60,695 bases of DNA from a virus (IMGVR_UViG_3300032047_000012:1-60695), one strand, 5' to 3'; positions 53,267 through 60,190 are shown, numbered from the stretch's first letter. Notes: generated by a model from the letters alone, not told the origin. Translations and numbers: made by a program.

Positions 53267-53426
53267 CCTGTTTGTCAAGCTTTCTTTTCTCTAACGTGCG
53301 GTTATATTTTTTATTAGAGTGAAAGCCTGAACCTGTTCGTAGGGCTACTCCAACTGCGTAGGGGTTACGTTGTTTTATCTTAACCTTCTTGTGCTTCTTT
53401 TTCACTCTTGACTTCTTTCGCTTCAT
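53256..53426 (-). CDS. Small highly basic protein, ArfA-like motif (56 aa; absent from the ORF track)
   Basis: Hand translation MKRKKSRVKKKHKKVKIKQRNPYAVGVALRTGSGFHSNKKYNRTLEKRKLDKQDDY. Fills the gap between two genes and overlaps both. Confidence 0.65.
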   Translation of the reverse strand: MKRKKSRVKKKHKKVKIKQRNPYAVGVALRTGSGFHSNKKYNRTLEKRKLDKQDDY

Positions 53427-53598
53427 GATTATTTTGAATAGCCTCTAGTAGAATGGCACCACAAGCTTGGTGCATGTCCTGCAAGTCTTTTAGAGAAAAC
53501 TCTGAGTTACGTGCAGCTTGTGACCAAAGGTCAAGCACTTCTGTTGGTTCTGATGCTGTTCGAATTGCTTCGACAAAGTGTTGTGCTTTTACGTTCAT
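53380..53598 (-). CDS. Small hypothetical protein
   Basis: 72 aa with AAGGAG RBS and a sigma70-type promoter upstream. Confidence 0.7.
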   Translation of the reverse strand: MNVKAQHFVEAIRTASEPTEVLDLWSQAARNSEFSLKDLQDMHQACGAILLEAIQNNHEAKEVKSEKEAQEG

Positions 53599-53623
53599 TG
53601 TTTTTTCTCCTTACTACTTGAAC

Positions 53624-53652
53624 AGAATAACAAGACTCTACAAGAAAGTCAA
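53624..53652 (-). promoter_or_regulatory. Sigma70-type promoter
   Basis: TTGACT-17 nt-TATTCT with TG extension. Confidence 0.7.
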
Positions 53653-53667
53653 GTATAAAATAAATAA

Positions 53668-53793
53668 AGGGCTGGCTTCTTTTCGCTCCACCTTGCTAGT
53701 TGTCCTTTAACGTGCCACGAGTTCTCTTCTTGTTTTGTTTTGGCGAAAGGTTCGTTGACAACATTGAACCAGTCATTTTCCTCTATTAGCCCT
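53668..53793 (-). ncRNA. Candidate structured non-coding RNA (about 126 nt)
   Basis: Starts just after the CTACTTA motif (53800-53806). 5' AGGGCT pairs with 3' AGCCCT. Internal stems GGTTC/GAACC and TTTCGC/GCGAAA. Confidence 0.4.
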
Positions 53794-53993
53794 ATAAAAT
53801 AAGTAGCCCCGAAAATAGGATAAGACTGCTTTTGTTGTCTGCAAAGGTAATTTTTTAAGGGTTAAGGTAGAACGAGGTGTGATAAAATTTGACAATGAGG
53901 GAAGTAATGACAGCGAGAACAAATAATTTCCATTCTTTCACTTCAAAAACCCTCGCCATAAAAATTTTTTGCACTTATAGAAGCTATAAGCAC

Positions 53994-54023
53994 ATTATAA
54001 CACAAGTAGGTAGGTGTAGTCAA
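53994..54023 (-). promoter_or_regulatory. Sigma70-type promoter
   Basis: TTGACT-18 nt-TATAAT with TG extension. Confidence 0.7.
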
Positions 54024-54026
54024 ATG

Positions 54027-54248
54027 CTATTTTTGAATAAAGTTAACTTTTTTGCTATCAAGAACCCAAATAGTCAAGCCGTCTTTTGTAGAAACAGGTT
54101 TGCAAACCTTCTTTAATTTTGTAAGGTCTCCTTTAGGCATAGCAGCAGTCCAAGAGAGTTGGTCGTGAATAGACTCCTCAATAGCGAGAGACACGCCATC
54201 AAGAACATGGACAGGTTGGATGATTGTTTTGTTTTGTAGTTTTTTCAT
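54027..54248 (-). CDS. Small hypothetical protein
   Basis: 73-aa ORF with AAGGA RBS. Confidence 0.6.
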   Translation of the reverse strand: MKKLQNKTIIQPVHVLDGVSLAIEESIHDQLSWTAAMPKGDLTKLKKVCKPVSTKDGLTIWVLDSKKVNFIQK

Positions 54249-54314
54249 AATAAAAAATTCCTTAGAAGTTTGCCGATAAAATTTTCTTGCCTTTTAGGAC
54301 AAGAAGAGACAAAC

Positions 54315-54488
54315 TTAACTTTCGGTTAGATAATCATTTTCCAACTTCATTATCAACTTTGTAGAGACTTCGGTCTTTGTCCATTCTTCCCTATCTTCGG
54401 TTACGCCAAACTCAGTTAGCTTCTCCTCTAATAGTTCACGGATTTGTTCCCAAAGCTCCTCGCTAATAGTATCGATTGTTTCATTCAT
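54315..54488 (-). CDS. Small acidic hypothetical protein (57 aa; absent from the ORF track)
   Basis: Hand translation MNETIDTISEELWEQIRELLEEKLTEFGVTEDREEWTKTEVSTKLIMKLENDYLTES. GAAAGGA RBS. Confidence 0.7.
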   Translation of the reverse strand: MNETIDTISEELWEQIRELLEEKLTEFGVTEDREEWTKTEVSTKLIMKLENDYLTES

Positions 54489-54556
54489 AATCTAATTCCT
54501 TTCATTATAAAGTAGAATAATGGTAAAGAAAAGGCAGAATAAAAATATTTTTTTTA

Positions 54557-54847
54557 TCAATCAAAGCAACGAGAGATGATTCTTATTTCATCCGTGGTAG
54601 AAGAGACATGGTAAAATCTTGAGTTAGACCAGTCCCATACGGACCAATGAAAGATACCTTCCACTATACTACGTTCTGTTACTACACCAGTACGAACAAG
54701 GTCTGCTTCCCACTTCTCTATATTAAAGTAAGGACCACCATCATCTACCCAACTATCATTAGACCAGACTTCCAAAAGGTTAACCCATTGGATAAGGTCG
54801 CCTACTTTGGGGAATCCTAAATCTATAGGTGGCTCTATCTTGTTCAT
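54557..54847 (-). CDS. Small SH3/KOW-like hypothetical protein
   Basis: PKVGDLIQW...GVVTE...WSVW...IRIIS. Confidence 0.65.
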   Translation of the reverse strand: MNKIEPPIDLGFPKVGDLIQWVNLLEVWSNDSWVDDGGPYFNIEKWEADLVRTGVVTERSIVEGIFHWSVWDWSNSRFYHVSSTTDEIRIISRCFD

Positions 54848-54877
54848 AAGAGTAATTATTAGCTTTATAAGGTTTTA

Positions 54878-55243
54878 CTAAACGAGAGGGTCGAATGCAA
54901 AATCAAATGGACGATACTCGTCTATCCATCTAACGATTCTGAAAGATTGCCTGGAGATAAGGACATGTTCTATTCTATGAGCATAAACTGGAAGCAACGA
55001 GTCACTAGTCTTATTTGTCTTAAGCCATTCTTGCCACTGAGTCCATCTTTTAAGCTCGACCAAAACTACTTTCACATCTCGGCTGTCGTAATCATCGGAG
55101 CCAAAGAATCTATGGAACACTAGATCGCCCATAAAGTAGTCCTTGCCTGTGGGGTTTATATCTGACCCTGATGTTAGATAAATTGTCTTTTCTTCTGACC
55201 AACAGTTATCTAGGTTCTCCCACCATTTGCTTTTATCACTCAT
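54878..55243 (-). CDS. Hypothetical protein
   Basis: 121-aa Trp-rich ORF, abutting the upstream stop codon. Confidence 0.6.
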   Translation of the reverse strand: MSDKSKWWENLDNCWSEEKTIYLTSGSDINPTGKDYFMGDLVFHRFFGSDDYDSRDVKVVLVELKRWTQWQEWLKTNKTSDSLLPVYAHRIEHVLISRQSFRIVRWIDEYRPFDFAFDPLV

Positions 55244-55558
55244 CTATAAAGTTTTTATTCCTTTGCTCTCTTGACCAGGCTTATCTATTGTTAGTTTTGT
55301 TTTTAAGATGCCCTCAAGAACGTTCTTCAACTCATCAACCTCATCTTCTGTCCAGTTAGGATCTAGATAAAGCTCAGTTAGTACTTGCTTTCTTGTAGAT
55401 ACTTTGCAAGCTGTAAGGTTTTGAGCCATTAGTGAAATGTTTTTGTAGTTTGGTTTTGGCTCTGGTTTACCAGTTTGATAAATAAGCCAGATTGCATAAA
55501 TGCCTCCCGACAGGATTATAGTGGAACCAAGCCATAAGCAAAATTCTGAAATAGACAT
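55244..55558 (-). CDS. Small membrane-anchored hypothetical protein
   Basis: N-terminal hydrophobic helix, GAGGA RBS. Confidence 0.65.
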   Translation of the reverse strand: MSISEFCLWLGSTIILSGGIYAIWLIYQTGKPEPKPNYKNISLMAQNLTACKVSTRKQVLTELYLDPNWTEDEVDELKNVLEGILKTKLTIDKPGQESKGIKTL

Positions 55559-55560
55559 TT

Positions 55561-56010
55561 TTAATTTTCCTCTTCAAATAATTTTATATTTAGGAACTCG
55601 GCGATATCGTAAAAACCAGATAGTCGAATTTCCTTGTCGTGTAAATAGTAGAAGGCAGGAACTGCGTCATCTAAATATAAATCTTCTGCTATTCTTTCTA
55701 CTCTCTCTTCGTCAATGCTAACAATGAGAACCTTCTCTCTCCATCCCATTTCATTGACCAAAATTCGTAGGTCTCTGCAAGGTCCGCACCATTCGGCAGA
55801 GAAAATGACCATCAGAGGGCGAAACTTGCCCTGCAAGGCTCGTTCCAACTCTTGAGGTCCATTCCAACCCGTTTTAGTAGAACTCGCCTCTAAACCGTAA
55901 AATGAGCTTATTGTGGAAGGTGGTGTTTTTTGCTTGACTTCGTTGTGTTTTAGTGTTATAGCGGCAAGCAATAAAGTAAAAAACAAAATGTTTTTGTGGA
56001 GTGCTCTCAT
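55561..56010 (-). CDS. Exported/membrane-anchored thioredoxin-family protein
   Basis: N-terminal hydrophobic segment, VIFSAEWCGPC active site, cis-Pro motif AVP. Confidence 0.85.
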   Translation of the reverse strand: MRALHKNILFFTLLLAAITLKHNEVKQKTPPSTISSFYGLEASSTKTGWNGPQELERALQGKFRPLMVIFSAEWCGPCRDLRILVNEMGWREKVLIVSIDEERVERIAEDLYLDDAVPAFYYLHDKEIRLSGFYDIAEFLNIKLFEEEN

Positions 56011-56125
56011 GCCTATAAATAGTTCGTTAGTTTATTTACGATTTTGCTTGCTTTTTGCTTACAAATGTGGTAACAGAAACTTGACACTTTTATCTTTTGT
56101 AGGTTTAGGTAGGTTTATGTAACCT

Positions 56126-56602
56126 TTACTCGTAGATTTCCACACCTGTGGGTTCGTTTTTTTGCTTTTCAACAAACTCTATAATGGAAATTATGTCTTT
56201 TAAAACAATTTTATTGAACCGATTGTCCAAATGAACCAAAGTTGGGATGTCTTCGCCTGCATCGGTGAACACCATTAGCATAGAAGTGATAGAATGGCTT
56301 GTGTCGAGAAACCAAACCTTGTGGTGCATTCGCATTCTTGCTATTTCTTCGGACAAAACCTTGCAATGTCTTGACCAAGGTGCTGCAAAGATGATTGTAA
56401 TAGGGCGAGACTCACCCAACAAGAGACGTTCTGCCTCAATTGGGTCGTCGTATCCGCCACCACTTGTGTGTTCTCTTACACCGTAATAGTCTGCTGTCAG
56501 TGTTACGTTAGAATTAGGGTTGGTTTTGTGACTTCCTGAACAGGATAAACCAACTAGACATGCGAGCGTTATGAAAACGCTCTTTAAGATTGTTGCCTTC
56601 AT
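56126..56602 (-). CDS. Thioredoxin-fold lipoprotein with a degenerate SxxC site
   Basis: Lipobox-like VGLSC. IIFAAPWSRHC and DIPT align with the neighbouring WCGPC protein. Confidence 0.7.
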   Translation of the reverse strand: MKATILKSVFITLACLVGLSCSGSHKTNPNSNVTLTADYYGVREHTSGGGYDDPIEAERLLLGESRPITIIFAAPWSRHCKVLSEEIARMRMHHKVWFLDTSHSITSMLMVFTDAGEDIPTLVHLDNRFNKIVLKDIISIIEFVEKQKNEPTGVEIYE

Positions 56603-56620
56603 GTCTATAAGTAGTTTGGT

Positions 56621-57877
56621 TTAGCTTAATGGAAGGTCTTGCTGCTCACCTTGGAGGTTTGAGAGGTAATCGGCGGCATAACTCGTGAAGGAAATCTTCT
56701 GAGCAGACGCTGGAAGAGAGTTTTTAGCTGCAATGACATATTTGTCATCCACAATTAACTTTCCTTTTTCCATTTTTGTGTCAAAACCTTGCTTTTGAAG
56801 TGCCGACTCAACACCTACTAGGGAAACGGGAATTCGGCTGCGAGCGCCAAGCTCAAGCATGTCTGCTGCAATGTCCATTACCTGGTCCATTTCTGGGTCT
56901 GATGAGTGCGTAACACGAGTTGCAAAAGAAGAAGGGTTACCTTCCTTTGTAAGATTATCTTCTTCTGCTGAACGCTCGTCGATGTCATAGAGTTCCATGT
57001 CGTCGCTTGTGCCACCTGACTCTAAATCTCCTGCAAGAGCAATAACTTCGTCGCCTCTTTGTCCGAAGACTCTTTTATCGGCGGCGGAATAAAGTTCGAT
57101 AGCGAAACCTTCTTCGCCAGTTGAAGTAGTAACAGGTTCTAGAATCTTGCCGCTGGCACCTTTAAGTGAACCATCAACAACATAAACGAACTCGCCTACC
57201 TCAAACTTTTTTTTTTCGTTTTCTTCCAAGTTGCCTCTTTGAAGCGCATCAAGGTAAGCTTGGTCTGGTTTAACGATAGGAAGAGGTTCTTTGCCCATCT
57301 TCTGCATAACAGCGTTGAATGCTGCCATATATTCTTCGTTGCCGTGACCAATCTTTGAAGGAGGGTTGCCGTCTTGAGCATCAACCATGCCACGCTCACC
57401 CATCGTCATTTCGTTGACGGAAGGTTCTTTTTGCTCGTGATGGTCGCTAGGCATGTCATTAGAGTATGAATCAGCCCACTCTTTGGATTCCTCGTCGCTA
57501 TAGTGAACATAACCTTTTTCACCTGTGATTGCCCGTGTAGCCTTCCGTTTCTTATCAATCAACCTCAAAATGGGTTCATTTTCATCGTATGTCGCTGTTT
57601 TCGGGTACTTCATGATGACACCCAATTGGGATTCTTTGTGTGCTTTATCCAATGCGGCAGCGATTGCTTCTACCTCTTCTTTTGATTTGGTTCTATATTC
57701 TTCTTCTGGAATGTTTAAAAGTTCCAACTCTTCGGGTTCCATTTCAGCAGCGAAATGCGCCTTTCTAAAATCCATGGATTCATTTAAGGCTTTCTTGAAT
57801 GCACCTTCAGCGAGAAATTTTTCCCACTTTGATGTTGCCTTACGCAAAATCTTTTCCGTTTTTGTTACTTTAGTCAT
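56621..57877 (-). CDS. Composite acidic protein, probable internal head protein, with an SH3/KOW-like segment
   Basis: Leader KWEKFLAE...ALNE, internal VNE/LEE/IDE linkers, and FEVGEFVYVVDGSLKGASGKI (KOW-like). Confidence 0.65.
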   Translation of the reverse strand: MTKVTKTEKILRKATSKWEKFLAEGAFKKALNESMDFRKAHFAAEMEPEELELLNIPEEEYRTKSKEEVEAIAAALDKAHKESQLGVIMKYPKTATYDENEPILRLIDKKRKATRAITGEKGYVHYSDEESKEWADSYSNDMPSDHHEQKEPSVNEMTMGERGMVDAQDGNPPSKIGHGNEEYMAAFNAVMQKMGKEPLPIVKPDQAYLDALQRGNLEENEKKKFEVGEFVYVVDGSLKGASGKILEPVTTSTGEEGFAIELYSAADKRVFGQRGDEVIALAGDLESGGTSDDMELYDIDERSAEEDNLTKEGNPSSFATRVTHSSDPEMDQVMDIAADMLELGARSRIPVSLVGVESALQKQGFDTKMEKGKLIVDDKYVIAAKNSLPASAQKISFTSYAADYLSNLQGEQQDLPLS

Positions 57878-58170
57878 TTATTTTCTCCTTCGTCAAGATT
57901 TCCAACTTGATTTCTTTTATAATCTAATTCTTCTGCTGCTTTCCATAACGCACGAGCGGCGGCATCAGCCATAGAAGCAATTTCATCTTCTAGGGAGTCG
58001 TAGGTTAATTCGTTAAGAATCTTTATGCACTGCTCAAATGCTTGTGCTCTTGGGTCTTCCGAAACGTCAAGTTCGTCGAAAGAGTTCGCAAAATGGTAAC
58101 GTCCTTCGCCCAAAACCCTTTTGGTTTCTTCTTTAATAATCTTTACTAATTCTTCTTTTTTGATTTTCAT
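57874..58170 (-). CDS. Small probable internal head protein
   Basis: Leader MKIKKEELVKIIKEETKRVLGE, GGAG RBS, late motif at 58210-58217. Confidence 0.75.
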   Translation of the reverse strand: MKIKKEELVKIIKEETKRVLGEGRYHFANSFDELDVSEDPRAQAFEQCIKILNELTYDSLEDEIASMADAAARALWKAAEELDYKRNQVGNLDEGENK

Positions 58171-58219
58171 TATGGTGCTCCAAATAAAATTGCCTTTTCC
58201 AGTCCTCTATAAGTAGTTC

Positions 58220-58564
58220 TTACAAGTCTTTTCCGCCATTAGCACCAGGAAGAACTTTTTCTATTCTTAAGGAATAAAGGGCTGTATTGGGAACGATAAG
58301 CTTTCTATCCGATTCTATTAAGTGGAATACCGTTTTGGTGGGGGTCTGGCGAATGATTCTCGCCTTTTTGGTTCCCCCTATATAAACGATGTCATCCACA
58401 TCGAAATCGTGCCCGAACATAAACATTAGCCCGTCCAATACGTTGCTTACTACGTTTTTGAAAAGAAGGACTGCAAAGGCTGCTAGGAACATCCATCCAT
58501 AGTGCCCAAGTAGGTCCGTTATAATCGTCTCGGTTGTTTCTATAATTTGCTGTGGGTTGTCCAT
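58220..58564 (-). CDS. Minimal MscS-like (mechanosensitive channel TM + beta domain) protein
   Basis: Hydrophobic helix then FKNVVSNVLDGLMF...DFDVDDIVYIGG...IIRQ...T...LIVPN, matching the MscS TM3b/middle domain. AAGGAGG RBS. Confidence 0.7.
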   Translation of the reverse strand: MDNPQQIIETTETIITDLLGHYGWMFLAAFAVLLFKNVVSNVLDGLMFMFGHDFDVDDIVYIGGTKKARIIRQTPTKTVFHLIESDRKLIVPNTALYSLRIEKVLPGANGGKDL

Positions 58565-58689
58565 GCATGCTATCCTCCTTTCGTTATGTTGTAAGTAGTC
58601 TAGCCAAATGTGTAAATTTTTTGGTGCGGTTTTTTTACCTCATCTACTTTGGGAATACCGCTCAATCTCCAAATTTTGCCGTGATATCG

Positions 58690-58783
58690 TGAACGCCCCT
58701 AGCTTCACCCAGGGGGTCTAGATGGGGGGTAGGGACATAGATCCCGTCGGGGGGGTGGTCGTGGTACCCCTACCTACCCTTTC
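58690..58783. other. GC-rich non-coding element with four G tracts
   Basis: G5 at 58712-58716, G6 at 58724-58729, G3 at 58732-58734, G7 at 58749-58755 and CCCCTACCTACCC at 58767-58779, in an otherwise AT-rich genome. Confidence 0.7.
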
Positions 58784-58813
58784 TTTATAACACACCTTAT
58801 TAAGCTTTGTCAA
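58784..58813 (-). promoter_or_regulatory. Sigma70-type promoter firing into the GC-rich element
   Basis: TTGACA-18 nt-TATAAA with TG extension, AT-rich upstream. Confidence 0.65.
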
Positions 58814-58825
58814 GTTATTTATAAT

Positions 58826-58858
58826 AAAAAAGGGAAGTATCTGAGCCAGACCTTCCCC
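58826..58858 (-). terminator. Rho-independent terminator
   Basis: GGGAAG-GTCTG-GCT-CAGAT-A-CTTCCC followed by T6 on the minus strand. Confidence 0.75.
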
Positions 58859-58975
58859 ATTCTTACACCAGCAACCCAACTGGTTCACTATATTATCTTA
58901 TCCTAGCTAATGCTGTAAGGACTTGACCTTCCTCATAAGCTCTCCAGTCTTCAAGTCACTACTCCTGAAGACTGT
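58826..58975 (-). ncRNA. Candidate small RNA (about 150 nt, four hairpins)
   Basis: ACTAATTA motif at 58979-58986, an 11-bp stem at 58945-58974, two further hairpins and a terminator. Only a 9-codon ORF inside. Confidence 0.45.
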
Positions 58976-59014
58976 TTGTAATTAGTTTATTTATTATTAT
59001 TGCTCTCGGATATG

Positions 59015-60190
59015 TTAGTCAATAGCAATAACCTTTTCTCGGGTTTGGAAGTAAGGGTTGGCTGCACCTTGAGCATCAGTCATCCACATTCGTTGTGCCT
59101 TGCAGTTCTTTGGCTTTGGAGCATACATGTCTGTTAAGATAATAACACCGTCAAAGTTATGACTGTTAACATAATCAGTGGGAGCATTGAAGTCAGTACC
59201 TCCTGTTAACACACGCTCTCTCTTTCTATTCTCGCCTTTCTTCCAGACGTAGACTTTACTCTCGTCTACTTCGTGGTCAAATGGAATGACTGTGAACTCT
59301 GCTAGTTTAGCCAAGTTGTTTAATTCTGCAAAGAATAGGGAGAGCATTGTGTTATCAACAGAACCAGACTGGTCGATAGCGACGGCAATCTTGGCTTGTC
59401 GCTGGACTTTCTTACCAGGATGAACATAGGCGTAGCGTCTGTTGATTCGTTTGATTGTAGACCGCTTGTTAGCCTTCTGACTTGTTTTGATAAAGTAGCG
59501 AAGGACTTTACGCCAGCAAACCTTAGTAGTCACTGAATCAATAATGTCTTGACGAATGCCTTGTGAGACTGAACCCCAACTGTTAGAGCGACTTGCTTCT
59601 TCTACTGCTTTCTTGACAGCTTCTTTTAAACGTTCTTTAGCAATCTCATTAGCTGTGTTATCTACTTCACTATCCTCGCCAGCGGACCAACCAGAATGGT
59701 CATCAAGGGTTTCATATCCTTCACCCTCGCCAGGCTGACCTTCACCAGACTCTTCTTGTTCTTGTTGCTTTTGCTTAAGCAACTCAAGGTAGTGTTCAGC
59801 AGACTTGCCAACAGGAAAGTCCTCGAAGTGTTTGCCACCAGGAATAAGAGCTTTGTCTGGTAGCTTGCCGATAAGGTGAGAGTTAATAGCCAAGTCAGTT
59901 GCGACGTTCCAAATCTTGGACATCCCTTCTGAGGGTAATCGACCAGTAACGTGTTCGAAGACCAAGTGGTAGAACTCGTGCATAAGGACACCAGTTCGGT
60001 GATTATCACTTAATTCTTCAAAGAATTGGGGGTTATAGAGCATTTCAAACTGACCAGAGTCAGGATTTACCCTTACACCTGCTGTTGGAATGGCTGTTGA
60101 AGCCCGTTTATCTATCTTTCTAGATAGTGCTGCAAAGAAAGGCTCTTGTTTTAGGAGCCGAGCAGTATGTCTATTTAAATCGAAAGTCAT
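59015..60190 (-). CDS. DUF2201-type HExxH metallopeptidase + vWA domain protein
   Basis: PTAGV...YNPQF...VLMHEFYHLVFEH...WNVATDLAIN. MIDAS motif IDQSGS, GGTDF, ILTD. Confidence 0.9.
   Translation of the reverse strand: MTFDLNRHTARLLKQEPFFAALSRKIDKRASTAIPTAGVRVNPDSGQFEMLYNPQFFEELSDNHRTGVLMHEFYHLVFEHVTGRLPSEGMSKIWNVATDLAINSHLIGKLPDKALIPGGKHFEDFPVGKSAEHYLELLKQKQQEQEESGEGQPGEGEGYETLDDHSGWSAGEDSEVDNTANEIAKERLKEAVKKAVEEASRSNSWGSVSQGIRQDIIDSVTTKVCWRKVLRYFIKTSQKANKRSTIKRINRRYAYVHPGKKVQRQAKIAVAIDQSGSVDNTMLSLFFAELNNLAKLAEFTVIPFDHEVDESKVYVWKKGENRKRERVLTGGTDFNAPTDYVNSHNFDGVIILTDMYAPKPKNCKAQRMWMTDAQGAANPYFQTREKVIAID

Noticed and set aside
53649-53861. Long open minus-strand frame crossing the candidate ncRNA (…IEENDWFNVVNEPFAK…)
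   Set aside because: No ATG/GTG start with an RBS after the upstream in-frame TAA, so it was not called as a gene. A degraded gene cannot be fully excluded.
56081-56110. Plus-strand TTGACA as a possible antisense promoter
   Set aside because: No acceptable -10 hexamer at 16-18 nt spacing.
58622-58662. GCGGT...ACCGC-ACCA resembling a tRNA acceptor end
   Set aside because: Too short, with no D, anticodon or T arms and no GTTC motif. No tRNA could be supported anywhere in the window.
1264-59738. Numerous plus-strand and alternate-frame ORFs in the supplied track (e.g. 3445..3960, 36145..36639, 45649..46140, 50114..50332)
   Set aside because: They lie antisense to or inside well-supported minus-strand genes, lack RBSs and show antisense-shadow composition. 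Only 40537..41436 is credible on the plus strand.
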